From: Eubacteriales bacterium
Lineage (GTDB): Bacteria > Bacillota > Clostridia > Oscillospirales > CAG-272
Assembly: GCA_045605765.1 (NCBI GenBank)
Contig: JAZUQQ010000027.1
Location: 1,095-65,094, forward strand
Direction: 5' to 3'
Length of the DNA stretch: 64,000 nucleotides
The translations under genes and the position numbers were made by a program. This document shows, one piece after another, positions 27,152 to 37,268 of the stretch. The stretch's first letter is position 1. Each line of letters opens with the position of its first letter. The notes under the pieces were generated by a model. That model did no database searches. It had not been told where the DNA came from and saw only the letters and a program-made list of their open reading frames with translations.

Positions 27152-30100
27152 TTATTCGTAGAGCTTACCGATCTTGGTGAGTCTGTCGTACTTAGCCTTT
27201 GCATTAGCCTCAGCCTGAGCGAAGAGCTTTTCTGCTCTCTCGGGGAATGCCTGAGCAAGACGTGTGTAACGAGCTTCACCGGTAATGAATTCCTTATAAT
27301 CAGCAGTGGGCTCCTTGCTGTCGAGAACGAACTTGGTCTCTGCAGCAGGATTGTATCTGAACATATGCCAGTAGCCTGCGTCAACAGCTTTCTTCATCTC
27401 TGCCTGGCAGTTAGCCATACCGCCCTTGATCGAGTGCATTTCGCAAGGTGCGTAGCCAATGATGAGCGAAGGTCCGGGATATGCCTCAGCCTCAGCAAGC
27501 GCTTTGAGGGTCTGGTTCATATCTGCGCCCATTGCGATCTGTGCAACGTAAACGTAGCCGTAGGACATTGCGATCTCTGCAAGGTTCTTCTTGCCGATTG
27601 CCTTACCTGCTGCCGCAAACTGTGCAACCTGTCCGACCTGCGACGCCTTTGATGCCTGACCGCCGGTGTTAGAGTAAACCTCGGTATCGAATACCATTAC
27701 GTTTACGTCCTCACCCGAAGCAAGTACGTGGTCGAGACCACCGAATCCGATATCGTATGCCCATCCGTCACCACCAAATATCCATACCGACTTCTTGGAG
27801 AGGTAGGTCTTCTCTGCGAGTATCGCGGGAGCCACGGGGCAACCCTCTGCTGCTGCCTTTTCAAGCTCAGCAACAAGAGCCTTGGTAGCCGCTTCGTTCT
27901 TGGTGCCGTCGTCCTTGGTTGCGAGATATTCTGCCGCTGCTGCCTTGAACTCATCGGAAGCCTTATCGGATGCTGCCATCTCTTCTACCTTGCCAATGAG
28001 CTTCTCGCGGATAACCTTCTGTCCGATGAACATACCAAGACCGTGCTCAGCATTGTCCTCGAAGAGCGAGTTCGCCCATGCGGGTCCGTGTCCGCTTTCG
28101 TTGTTTACGGTGTAAGGCGTTGCGGGAGCCGAGCCACCCCAGATCGAAGAACATCCGGTAGCGTTCGAGATATACATTCTCTCACCGAAGAGCTGGGTGA
28201 TAAGACGAGCGTAAGAGGTCTCTGCACAGCCTGCGCAAGATCCCGAGTACTCGAGAAGCGGCTGCTTGAACTGCGAGCCCTTAACCGAAACGTTGATAAG
28301 CTCCTTCTTCTCTGCAACCTTTGCAACTGCATAGTCGTAAGCTTCCTGCTGGTCGAGCTGAGTAGCGATAGGCTTCATCTCGATAGCGGTACCGAGCTTT
28401 TCGTTCTTGTTTACAGGGCAAGCCTTTACGCAGAGCGTACAACCCATACAGTCAAGAGGCGAAACTGCCATCGTGAACTTGTAAGCGGTCTTGATAACAG
28501 GCTTAGCTGCGAACTTGGTAACTGCGGGAGCCTCTGCTGCCTCCTCTTCGGTCATAGCAAAGGGACGAATACAAGCATGGGGACATACGAACGCACAGTT
28601 GTTACACTGGATACAGTGCTCGGGGTTCCACTGAGGAACGGTAACTGCAACGCCGCGCTTCTCGTATGCTGCCGAGCCCTGAGGGAAGGTACCGTCAACG
28701 TACTTGGTGAACGCCGAAACCTTGAGCGAGTCACCCTTCATAGCGCCTACGGGGATAACGACGTCGTTAACGAAGTCAACGAGGTCCTCTCTGTTTCCGG
28801 TAGCCTTAGCTACGGGAGCGGTCTCGCCTGCGTTTGCCCACTCTGCGGGAACGTTTACGAGGTTGAGAGCATCTTTACCTGAGTCGATAGCAGCGTAGTT
28901 GAGATCAACGATTGCCTGACCCTTCTTAATGTAGGATTTGTAAGCTGCCTTCTTCATATACTCGATAGCCTCGTCGATGGGGAGGATCTTAGCGAGTGCG
29001 AAGAATGCGGACTGAAGAACAGTGTTCTTAACTTTTGCATTACCGAGGTCGATAGCGATCTTGGTAGCGTTGATGGTGTAGAACTTGATATTATTCTTAG
29101 CAATATAGGTCTTTACAGAAGCGGGAAGGTGAGCGTCGAGCTCGGCATCGCTCCAAGGACAGTCGAGAAGGAAGGTTCCGCCCGGCTTAACGTCCGAGAT
29201 CATATCATACTTGGTAAGATATGCGTTGTTGTGGCAAGCAACGAAGTCTGCCTTATTAATGTAGTAAGAGGACTTGATGGGACTATCACCGAAACGAAGA
29301 TGAGAAATGGTGATACCGCCAGTCTTCTTGGAGTCATACTGGAAGTATGCCTGAATGTACTTGTCGGTGTGGTCACCGATGATCTTTATAGAGTTCTTGT
29401 TAGCACCAACGGTACCGTCTCCGCCGAGACCCCAGAACTTGCACTGAATCATATCGGAGGTAGCAGTATCGGGAGCAGCCTTCTCGTCAAGAGAAAGTCC
29501 GGTAACGTCGTCTACGATACCGATAGTGAAGTGAGCCTTGGGAGTTTCCATAGCAAGGTTCTCGAAGGTTGCGAAGATAGAAGCGGGGGTGGTGTCCTTC
29601 GATCCAAGACCGTAACGTCCACCAACGATCTTCATGCCGCCTCTGCCGACTTCAGCAAGACCTGCAACTACGTCGAGGTAGAGAGGTTCGCCAAGCGAAC
29701 CGGGCTCTTTGGTTCTGTCGAGAACTGCGATAGCCTTAACGCTTGCAGGAATAGCCTCTGCGAGCTTTGCAGCTACGAAGGGTCTGTAAAGTCTTACCTT
29801 GATAAGACCAACCTTCTCACCCTTAGCGGTGAGGTAATCAACAACTTCCTCTGCAACGTCACAAACCGAGCCCATAGCGATGATAACGCGGTCAGCATCG
29901 GGAGCACCGTAGTAGTTGAAGAGCTTATAGTCGGTTCCGAGCTTTTCGTTAACCTTGTCCATATACTCTTCTACGATTGCGGGAAGCTCATCATAGTATG
30001 TATTGCATGCTTCTCTGTGCTGGAAGAAGATATCTCCGTTTTCAGCCGATCCGCGAAGAACAGGGTGCTCAGGGTTGATCGAACGTGCGCGGAATGCCGC

Positions 30101-30724
30101 AACTGCATCCATATCTACCATTTCTGCGAGATCCTCATAGTCCCAAGCAGCAACCTTCTGAATCTCGTGAGAGGTACGGAAGCCGTCGAAGAAGTTGAGG
30201 AAAGGAACTCTGCCCTTGATGGTAGCAAGGTGTGCAACTGCGCCAAGGTCCATGATTTCCTGCGGGTTGGTTTCTGCCATCATAGCGAAACCGGTCTGAC
30301 GGCAAGCGTAAACGTCGGAGTGGTCTCCGAAAATATTGAGTGCGTGCGATGCAACGCAACGAGCCGAAACGTGGATTACGCAAGGGAGAAGCTCACCGGC
30401 GATCTTATACATATTCGGGATCATAAGGAGAAGACCCTGAGATGCGGTATAGGTCGTGGTGAGAGCACCTGCTGCAAGAGAACCGTGAACGGCACCTGCG
30501 GCGCCTGCCTCTGACTGCATTTCAGTTACCTGTACGTTCTGCCCGAAAATGTTCTTTGCGGGCTCACCGAAAATGTTTTTGTCGGAAGCCGACCAAGTAT
30601 CCGTTACCTCTGCCATAGGAGACGAAGGAGTAATAGGATAAATAGCAGCAACTTCCGTGAACGCATACGAAACGTGTGCGGCGGCGGTATTACCGTCCAT
30701 TGATACTTTTCTTCTGTTTATCAC
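27152..30724 (-). CDS. nifJ: pyruvate:ferredoxin (flavodoxin) oxidoreductase
   Basis: About 1190 aa PFOR architecture: MDGNTAAAHVSYAF N-terminus, two 4Fe-4S ferredoxin motifs (CIQCNNCAFVCPH, CMGCTLCVKACP) and TPP domain GGDGWAYDIG. The GTG start at 30724 lies 8 nt after GGAGGT. Confidence 0.95.
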   Translation of the reverse strand: MINRRKVSMDGNTAAAHVSYAFTEVAAIYPITPSSPMAEVTDTWSASDKNIFGEPAKNIFGQNVQVTEMQSEAGAAGAVHGSLAAGALTTTYTASQGLLLMIPNMYKIAGELLPCVIHVSARCVASHALNIFGDHSDVYACRQTGFAMMAETNPQEIMDLGAVAHLATIKGRVPFLNFFDGFRTSHEIQKVAAWDYEDLAEMVDMDAVAAFRARSINPEHPVLRGSAENGDIFFQHREACNTYYDELPAIVEEYMDKVNEKLGTDYKLFNYYGAPDADRVIIAMGSVCDVAEEVVDYLTAKGEKVGLIKVRLYRPFVAAKLAEAIPASVKAIAVLDRTKEPGSLGEPLYLDVVAGLAEVGRGGMKIVGGRYGLGSKDTTPASIFATFENLAMETPKAHFTIGIVDDVTGLSLDEKAAPDTATSDMIQCKFWGLGGDGTVGANKNSIKIIGDHTDKYIQAYFQYDSKKTGGITISHLRFGDSPIKSSYYINKADFVACHNNAYLTKYDMISDVKPGGTFLLDCPWSDAELDAHLPASVKTYIAKNNIKFYTINATKIAIDLGNAKVKNTVLQSAFFALAKILPIDEAIEYMKKAAYKSYIKKGQAIVDLNYAAIDSGKDALNLVNVPAEWANAGETAPVAKATGNREDLVDFVNDVVIPVGAMKGDSLKVSAFTKYVDGTFPQGSAAYEKRGVAVTVPQWNPEHCIQCNNCAFVCPHACIRPFAMTEEEAAEAPAVTKFAAKPVIKTAYKFTMAVSPLDCMGCTLCVKACPVNKNEKLGTAIEMKPIATQLDQQEAYDYAVAKVAEKKELINVSVKGSQFKQPLLEYSGSCAGCAETSYARLITQLFGERMYISNATGCSSIWGGSAPATPYTVNNESGHGPAWANSLFEDNAEHGLGMFIGQKVIREKLIGKVEEMAASDKASDEFKAAAAEYLATKDDGTKNEAATKALVAELEKAAAEGCPVAPAILAEKTYLSKKSVWIFGGDGWAYDIGFGGLDHVLASGEDVNVMVFDTEVYSNTGGQASKASQVGQVAQFAAAGKAIGKKNLAEIAMSYGYVYVAQIAMGADMNQTLKALAEAEAYPGPSLIIGYAPCEMHSIKGGMANCQAEMKKAVDAGYWHMFRYNPAAETKFVLDSKEPTADYKEFITGEARYTRLAQAFPERAEKLFAQAEANAKAKYDRLTKIGKLYE

Positions 30725-30944
30725 TTTGTGATACCTCCGGAAAACAATTATTTTTTCATACACCGCTATTCTAGCACTTTATCGTCAAAATGTAAAGACC
30801 TTTTGACAAATTTCTAACGATTTTCTTTGTGAATTATTGATAAATTTTTTGTAAATTATAATTTTTATGGTAAAAAGCGATTGTCAAACACAAAAAAAGT
30901 GATACAATTAGATTACACAAAGTAATTTAGGAGGAACTATCCGA

Positions 30945-31187
30945 ATGCTTACCGTCGATACCGAAAAGGAGCTCACTGCCGAAAATGCAGAAGAAAAAGA
31001 GCTTCCCACCGAAATCAGTGAAAATCTCAAAACCGTTAACGCGCTTTTTTCACAGCTCACCCTTTCAGAGCTTGAAAACGCACTTATGGTCACGAGCGAC
31101 AGAAGCGAAAAAGTTCTTTACAGAACTCTTCTCAACCTTAAAATGCAACTCGATCAGGAAAAGATAATAAATCAGACTCTTCTCTGA
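30945..31187 (+). CDS. small acidic protein, candidate antitoxin of the downstream zeta-like kinase
   Basis: 80 aa, SD aggagg, 43 nt upstream of the toxin-like gene. No family recognised. Confidence 0.5.
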   Translation: MLTVDTEKELTAENAEEKELPTEISENLKTVNALFSQLTLSELENALMVTSDRSEKVLYRTLLNLKMQLDQEKIINQTLL

Positions 31188-31230
31188 TCCAGTCAACCAA
31201 GTCACATAACTTATCGAGGTCAAAGTTAAG

Positions 31231-31836
31231 ATGAACGAGATCCAAGTAAAGCCTAACTATATAATATTTGCGGGAATAAACGGTGCCGGAAAGACCGCTC
31301 TATACAACGTTCTTTCGCCCAACACCGATCTCGGAGTAAGAGTGAGCGTTGACGATATTGCCGCCTCACTCGGCGATTGGCGAGATACGCTCGTCCAGCT
31401 TAAAGCCGCGCGCGGGGCTATGCGCCTTCTTGCTGAATCCATAGAGAAAAGAGTCAGCATAAATCAAGAGACCACTCTTCCCGGCGAAGCTATCGTGCGT
31501 TATGCAAAGCAGGCACGTGATGCGGGATATCACATAATACTTTACTTCGTGGGAATAGAAAACGTCGAAATGGCAATCGAGCGCGTAAAAGAGCGAGTTG
31601 CCAAAGGCGGTCACGGAATAGAAGAAGCGGTTATACGCAAAAGATTTGACTCTATGTCGGCAAATCTTTCACGCCTTCTTCCCTACTGCGACGTTGCATA
31701 TTTTTACGATAATTCGCGAAAATTCAGACAAGTCGCCGTGATGCGCGGAGGAGCTTTTGTCGATATGGACTCAAATCTTCCGCTTTGGCTCAAATGCGTG
31801 CCGGGATCTCCCGAATACACAGGAAACGTCGTATAA
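31231..31836 (+). CDS. zeta-toxin family P-loop kinase-like protein
   Basis: Walker A GINGAGKT near the N-terminus. About 200-aa short zeta/AAA_33-like layout (…INQETTL…YFVG…RVKERVAKGGHGI…). Confidence 0.75.
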   Translation: MNEIQVKPNYIIFAGINGAGKTALYNVLSPNTDLGVRVSVDDIAASLGDWRDTLVQLKAARGAMRLLAESIEKRVSINQETTLPGEAIVRYAKQARDAGYHIILYFVGIENVEMAIERVKERVAKGGHGIEEAVIRKRFDSMSANLSRLLPYCDVAYFYDNSRKFRQVAVMRGGAFVDMDSNLPLWLKCVPGSPEYTGNVV

Positions 31837-31838
31837 TA

Positions 31839-31871
31839 AAATTGGGAAATTGCGTTGCAATTTCCCAATTT
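31839..31871. terminator. bidirectional intrinsic terminator
   Basis: 15-bp perfect stem aaattgggaaattgc / gcaatttcccaattt. Confidence 0.85.
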
Positions 31872-31883
31872 ATCTAAATTCAT

Positions 31884-32405
31884 CTAAGCTCCTATCATTA
31901 AAATAAGACCGAGAATGAGCATTATCTCATCGTCGTAGTCGCCCGAACTTCCAAGCATAAGAAGTCCCGTGAGCATCATATCTTCGAGCGTCATATTTCT
32001 CACAGAGGACGATATCTCTCCCATTTTTCCATAAACATTTTCGTCCGGAGGCAAGTCGTGACCGGTTTGCTCGTTTTCGGAAACATCGACCGTAGGAGTA
32101 GGCGGCATAGGAGACTCCTCGGGATACACAGAAGTCTCTCCGTCATTTTGTCCAAAAGAGCGATTCTCCTCAAAAAACTCTTTTTCGGGAAGAAAGTCTC
32201 TCGGGTCTAAATACCGGCGAGGCGCGTTAGGCGTACCGTCCGTTACAGGAATGTAAACAGCCCATTTAGGAAAAGTATCCGTGTCATTCCTTTCACTCTT
32301 TTCTGTCTTTTCTGTCACTCTTGCCCTTTCCAGAGTACTTTGCGGTGCAGGAGCCGACCTGCTGCGCTGAGCGCGGTCTGTGTTGTAGAATCTTCTGCTA
32401 TACAA
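31884..32405 (-). CDS. hypothetical protein (Pro/Glu-rich, hydrophobic C-terminus)
   Basis: ORF only. Third gene of a three-gene minus-strand cluster. Confidence 0.55.
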   Translation of the reverse strand: MYSRRFYNTDRAQRSRSAPAPQSTLERARVTEKTEKSERNDTDTFPKWAVYIPVTDGTPNAPRRYLDPRDFLPEKEFFEENRSFGQNDGETSVYPEESPMPPTPTVDVSENEQTGHDLPPDENVYGKMGEISSSVRNMTLEDMMLTGLLMLGSSGDYDDEIMLILGLILMIGA

Positions 32406-32419
32406 CTCTCACCCTCCCG

Positions 32420-32866
32420 TCACTTTTTAATGCCGTAAAGACCACCTGCGGCATCCGCAAGTCCGAGGATCTTTATAACCACTTCAAGCTTATCCCGCTT
32501 ATCCTCACTGAGGAAGGGGCGCATCGCTTCAAGCAAACGTATCCTATCGCAAGATCTTATCTTATGACCCTGTTTTCTATTGGAGTTTCCGTCGTGTTTC
32601 ATCTCCTGATATGTTTGTTTTGTTCTCTCGTCAGTCTGCATATGATCGCCAGTGATAGCCCGCTTATTACTTTCCTCGTTTTGAAAAGATCCGTCGTCAT
32701 TATTTATACTGTTTAACCCTGCGTTTCCGAGAGAAAGACCGCTGAGTGCTCCCGACGAGGAAAGGGCACTTGCAATGTTCATAACCTTTCCGAGCGACTC
32801 GGGATCTTCAAGCAGCTTTGACAGCACGGATCCCATATCACCCATATTTCCGATATTACCGTTCAT
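32420..32866 (-). CDS. hypothetical low-complexity protein (Gly/Asn/Ser-rich N-terminal half)
   Basis: ORF only. Its C-terminus reads RIRLLEAMRPFLSEDKRDKLEVVIKILGL. Confidence 0.55.
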   Translation of the reverse strand: MNGNIGNMGDMGSVLSKLLEDPESLGKVMNIASALSSSGALSGLSLGNAGLNSINNDDGSFQNEESNKRAITGDHMQTDERTKQTYQEMKHDGNSNRKQGHKIRSCDRIRLLEAMRPFLSEDKRDKLEVVIKILGLADAAGGLYGIKK

Positions 32867-32888
32867 ATGATATCATACCTTTCAAAAA

Positions 32889-33173
32889 TTATGTCGTTTT
32901 TTCGTCGTCAGACACAACACCGACGATATCGAGTATCTCACTCGTCTTTTGCGGGCCGAGACGGTACGCCAGCTTTTTTATATCATTGTCACTTGCATTT
33001 GCAAGCATCGCCCGTATTGCCGAGCTGTTTGACCTCATCATAGCCGTCTGATTTCTCGAAGCGCCCAGCGCGCTCAGAACCGACGAAAGCATTGCGGAAA
33101 AGGTCTCGTCATCAAGCGTTGCGATCTGTCTCAGCTTCTGAGCTTCCTCGGCTGTTATATCGTATTTTCTCAT
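32889..33173 (-). CDS. hypothetical small protein (start uncertain, 33173 or 33194)
   Basis: ORF only. First gene of the cluster. Confidence 0.5.
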   Translation of the reverse strand: MRKYDITAEEAQKLRQIATLDDETFSAMLSSVLSALGASRNQTAMMRSNSSAIRAMLANASDNDIKKLAYRLGPQKTSEILDIVGVVSDDEKTT

Positions 33174-33276
33174 ATTTCCAACTGTTCCTTTCAATTTTCA
33201 GAGTAGGCTTTACCTTTCAAGGACAGTATATGCGCATTTTAACCAGTTGACATTTCATACTTAAAGAGAGTTGTTT

Positions 33277-33795
33277 ATGGAAAGAAAAATAATAGTGGTG
33301 TCCGATTCACACGGAGTTATCACAAATCTGAGCAAGGTATTTGATATGCACAGGGACGCCGATGCGTTCATACATCTCGGGGACGGTGCGAGAGAATTCG
33401 ATGCGCTCTGCCGTCAGAGAGAGGCCGTCGGATATTCCCTGCTCGGAAACTGCGATCTTGCCTTTATGTGTCCGGGCGCACAAACGCCGCACGCGATATA
33501 CACAATCGGCGGCAAGAGATTTTTTATGACTCACGGAAACACGTACGGAGTAAAATCAAACAGAGAAACGCTCATCTCGATCGCAAAGAAAAAAGCTCCC
33601 GATGTTGATATCATCCTGTATGGTCATACTCACATACCCGAAAATAAATACCTTTCTCCCGAGGGCAACTCGGATAAAGGTATATATATCATAAATCCGG
33701 GAAGCATCTCCTGCCCGAGAGATCTGAACAGACCATCGTACGCTCTGATACTTATTAAAGGAGATAGCATTATCACAAACGTTGCCTATTTATAA
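33277..33795 (+). CDS. YfcE/MJ0936-family metallophosphoesterase
   Basis: VVSDSHG … HLGDG … GHTH motifs. Confidence 0.85.
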   Translation: MERKIIVVSDSHGVITNLSKVFDMHRDADAFIHLGDGAREFDALCRQREAVGYSLLGNCDLAFMCPGAQTPHAIYTIGGKRFFMTHGNTYGVKSNRETLISIAKKKAPDVDIILYGHTHIPENKYLSPEGNSDKGIYIINPGSISCPRDLNRPSYALILIKGDSIITNVAYL

Positions 33796-33810
33796 AGAAA
33801 GGAAACACCG

Positions 33811-34341
33811 ATGCTGAAATATAAACCCAAACGTTACACAAAAACCGCGATGACCATCGAAATAATACTTTTTACACTTCTTGCCGTTTTAGCCGTAGTT
33901 ACGGCATTTCAGACAAGCTACAAGCTTATAGGACAATCTCTCGTTTTTGTCATAGTTGCAGGAATGCTGTACATCGCCGCAAGATATATGATCTACGAGT
34001 ACACCTACGCTATATCGGACGACAGATTTGAGGTCAGTCGAGTGGCGGGCAGAGTACCGAGCACGCTTATAAGTATAGACATTGAAGCAAGCGATCTCCT
34101 AGTTCAAATAGAAGATAAAAAGGATCTCAAAAAGCACGCGGTCGTAAGGACTGAAAACGTGTGCGCGAACCTTTCTCCGCGCGGACGTCTGTACGCGTAT
34201 ATAACCACCGTAAACGACAAAAGAACGGCAATTCTTATCGAGGCAGACGAGCTTTTTGCTCTCGCCGTAGCAGAACGTATAAATATGAAAAAATTCTCTC
34301 AATCTCAAGAAGATGACGAAAACAATGACACGGAGGACTGA
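33811..34341 (+). CDS. membrane protein, unknown function
   Basis: Two N-terminal TM segments. No family recognised. Confidence 0.6.
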   Translation: MLKYKPKRYTKTAMTIEIILFTLLAVLAVVTAFQTSYKLIGQSLVFVIVAGMLYIAARYMIYEYTYAISDDRFEVSRVAGRVPSTLISIDIEASDLLVQIEDKKDLKKHAVVRTENVCANLSPRGRLYAYITTVNDKRTAILIEADELFALAVAERINMKKFSQSQEDDENNDTED

Positions 34342-34346
34342 CATAC

Positions 34347-36089
34347 ATGGCTTTTGACGCAGGAATGATCCTCGCCGTAGCAAGCGAGCTTCGTGAAAAG
34401 ATTGTCGGTGCGAGAGTTGAAAAGGTCCATCAGCCCGAGCGTGATGAGATAGTTTTACTGCTCCATCTCGGACGGGAAAATTTCCGACTTTCCATATCGG
34501 CGTCTCCGAACAATCCTCGAATACATTTATCTACCAGTAACAAGGAAAATCCCGCCTCTCCGCCAATGTTCTGTACGATGCTCAGAAAATATCTGACAGG
34601 CGCTAAAATAACAGAGGTCAGAACGCTTGGATTTGAAAGAATAATATTCATCGACTTTGAAGCTCACGACGATCTCGGATACTCCTTCAAGGTAACTCTC
34701 GTTGCCGAGATCATGGGAAAATACAGCAACATAATATTCTGTCGCAACGAAAACATGAAGATACTCGGCGCAGCCCGTCCTGTCGATTTCACGACCAGCC
34801 GTGTCCGTCAGGTGATTTCCGGAATGCTATACGAGGCACCGCCTGCGCAGGACAAGAAAAATCCGCTTGAGGAAACGAGGGAAGGCTTTCTCGCGTCGGC
34901 AAAGGACTCCGAAAAACGCTCGGACAGGTTTATTATCGACACCTATCTTGGAATCTCCTCGACGGTTGCAAGAGAGATCGCGCACAGGAGCGTGCAGAAC
35001 GTTTGTGACTCTCCTGAGGCTCTTTGCAACGCCTTTTTCGAGTTTGTAGAGATACTTAAAACGAAGAGCTTTGAGGCGGTAATGATCGTCGATGAAGGCT
35101 CGCGTCCGATAGAATATTCATTTTTCGATCTTTTGCAATATTCTGGAATGAAAAAGCAGACCTTCGGTAGCGTTTCCGAGCTTATTGAAGCCTTTTTCCT
35201 GAGCCGTGATAACACCGAGCGTGTAAAGCAGCGTGCCGCCGATATTTTCAAGCTTCTTTCGAACACGAAAAGCCGTCTTGAAAGAAAGACCGCACTTCAG
35301 CTCTCCGAGCTTGAAGATTGCGAAAAGAAGGAAGAAATGCGTAAATTCGGTGAGCTTATAACTGCAAGCATCTACACTCTTAAAAAGGGTATGTCGCATG
35401 CGAGAGTCATCGACTACTACGTTGAGGATACTCCCGAAATACTTATCCCTCTCGACGCCCGTCTCTCTCCGGCGCAGAATGCGCAGGCGTATTATAAAAA
35501 ATACACCAAAATGAAGAATGCCGAGCGCGAAATATCAAAGCAGATCAAGCAGACTGATCGCGAGATAGCGTATATTGATTCGGTTCTTGACAGTCTGACG
35601 CGTGCGTCCGGTCAAAGCGAGCTCGACGAGATAAGACGAGAGCTTGCAGAGGCAGGCTACGCCTCTGCACAGAAAAAGCAGAGCGGTATGAAAAAGCCGC
35701 AGAATACGGGTAAACCGATCGAATACGTCACCTCGGGCGGATACCGTCTGCTATGTGGAAAAAACAACCTGCAAAACGATTATCTTACCACGAAATTTGC
35801 CGAGAAGAGCGACTGGTGGTTCCACGTCAAGGGCGCACCTGGCAGTCACGTCATAATGCTGCTTGACGGCAGAGAGGAGCCGCCCGCCGAGGACTTCACC
35901 GAGGCGGCAACAGTTGCGGCGTTCAACTCTTCCCTTTCGGAATCGAAGAACGTTTCGGTTGACTATACGCTCGTGCGCCACATTAAAAAGCCGCAGGCTT
36001 CAAAGCCCGGGTTTGTAACCTACAATACCTATTGGAGCGCAGTAGTCACTCCCAACGCCTCGCTTTGCGAAAGGCTTCGTAAAAAGTAA
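34347..36089 (+). CDS. rqcH: Rqc2/NFACT-family ribosome quality-control protein (FbpA/RqcH)
   Basis: MAFDAGM…VEKVHQPERDEIVLLLH N-terminus, coiled-coil middle region and a C-terminal DUF814-like WFHVKGAPGSHV. Confidence 0.9.
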   Translation: MAFDAGMILAVASELREKIVGARVEKVHQPERDEIVLLLHLGRENFRLSISASPNNPRIHLSTSNKENPASPPMFCTMLRKYLTGAKITEVRTLGFERIIFIDFEAHDDLGYSFKVTLVAEIMGKYSNIIFCRNENMKILGAARPVDFTTSRVRQVISGMLYEAPPAQDKKNPLEETREGFLASAKDSEKRSDRFIIDTYLGISSTVAREIAHRSVQNVCDSPEALCNAFFEFVEILKTKSFEAVMIVDEGSRPIEYSFFDLLQYSGMKKQTFGSVSELIEAFFLSRDNTERVKQRAADIFKLLSNTKSRLERKTALQLSELEDCEKKEEMRKFGELITASIYTLKKGMSHARVIDYYVEDTPEILIPLDARLSPAQNAQAYYKKYTKMKNAEREISKQIKQTDREIAYIDSVLDSLTRASGQSELDEIRRELAEAGYASAQKKQSGMKKPQNTGKPIEYVTSGGYRLLCGKNNLQNDYLTTKFAEKSDWWFHVKGAPGSHVIMLLDGREEPPAEDFTEAATVAAFNSSLSESKNVSVDYTLVRHIKKPQASKPGFVTYNTYWSAVVTPNASLCERLRKK

Positions 36090-36215
36090 AAATTTACCCC
36101 TGCTAATTCTGCGGGGGTTTTCTCGTTAAGAACACTTTTTTATTTAGTAACTGTAAAGCCTGAATTTTTTTCGCATATAATGATAGCGCAGCTTATACGG
36201 AAAGGACGGTAAAAT

Positions 36216-36794
36216 ATGACTCTTCACGACATATCACTCACGCGAAAAAGCGGCAAAATATCTCATCTTGGGCGAGAGATGATCATCTATTCGCTTGAAA
36301 TCCCCGAGATCGCCGACGAAGGATTTCCAAACTCACTTTTCACGGATACGGCGCATGGCTATTTAAAGTATCTTGAAGCCTTTGCCGAAAAAGAGCTTAT
36401 TCCCAGGCTCGAAAGGCTTGTTTCCGAGCAAAAACGCCTGCGCGAGATAAAACGCGAACTCGGTATCCCGACAAACGCTTTTCTTGTGTGGAAATTCTCG
36501 GTATTTAATGAAAAATACCTTTCGGCGATATGTGAAACAAGGCTTGAATATTCAAATTCAAAAAAGCTTTACACCCTGAAAGCTCTGACCTTTGACATGG
36601 AAACTATGACCTTAAAAAAAGCACGTGATTTTTCAAAAAGCTCAAAAAGGCACAAATATTCCTTTTACATTTCATCATCGAAGCTTTATACCTTTGACAA
36701 AAATAGCGTATATGCTGAAAATTTCGACAATGCCATGTCAAATATGGGTATTCGTATTTGCAAAATAGACAAGATAAAGTGTCAAAATTTGTGA
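36216..36794 (+). CDS. hypothetical protein
   Basis: 192-aa ORF. No family recognised. Confidence 0.55.
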   Translation: MTLHDISLTRKSGKISHLGREMIIYSLEIPEIADEGFPNSLFTDTAHGYLKYLEAFAEKELIPRLERLVSEQKRLREIKRELGIPTNAFLVWKFSVFNEKYLSAICETRLEYSNSKKLYTLKALTFDMETMTLKKARDFSKSSKRHKYSFYISSSKLYTFDKNSVYAENFDNAMSNMGIRICKIDKIKCQNL

Positions 36795-36947
36795 AAATAA
36801 TAGAAATTTTCCTTATTTTATAAAGCCTATTTAATTCTCAGGTGATATATGATATAATGTAATAAATTTATACTGATCTAGTTTTTGCTGTCGGTAGAAT
36901 TAATATATTTGACCTGATTTGCGGGTCAGATGAAAGGAATGATTTGT

Positions 36948-37268
36948 ATGACGGGTAAAATACTCGATGAAATACTCGAAGCCGAGGATCGTGCAGCCGA
37001 GATAAAGAGATCTGCAAGCGCAAAAGCATCAGATATTGTCTCAAAAGCAAGGCTTGACGGTGAGATGCTCTGCCGTGAGGTTCGTGAGCACGCCGCCTCA
37101 AAAAAGCGAGAGCTCGCTAGTGAAGTCTCTCGTGTGAGCGACGAAGCGCTTGCTTCGGCACGTGCCGAAGCAGAAAACAAGACTCTTATCGTATGCGCGG
37201 CTGCCTCAGCCAACATACCCGATGCAGTAAACTTCATAATCGGGAAGGTAGGAAGTATATGGCAATAG
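36948..37268 (+). CDS. V-type ATPase small peripheral-stalk subunit (G/H-like)
   Basis: Coiled-coil protein of about 106 aa. First gene of the ntp operon, with SD aaagga. Confidence 0.7.
   Translation: MTGKILDEILEAEDRAAEIKRSASAKASDIVSKARLDGEMLCREVREHAASKKRELASEVSRVSDEALASARAEAENKTLIVCAAASANIPDAVNFIIGKVGSIWQ

Noticed and set aside
27113-30514. Numerous long + strand ORFs antisense to nifJ (for example 27728-28882 and 29129-30514)
   Set aside because: They are antisense shadows of a long, highly biased coding region. The products are Cys/Arg/Val-rich with no motifs and no SDs.
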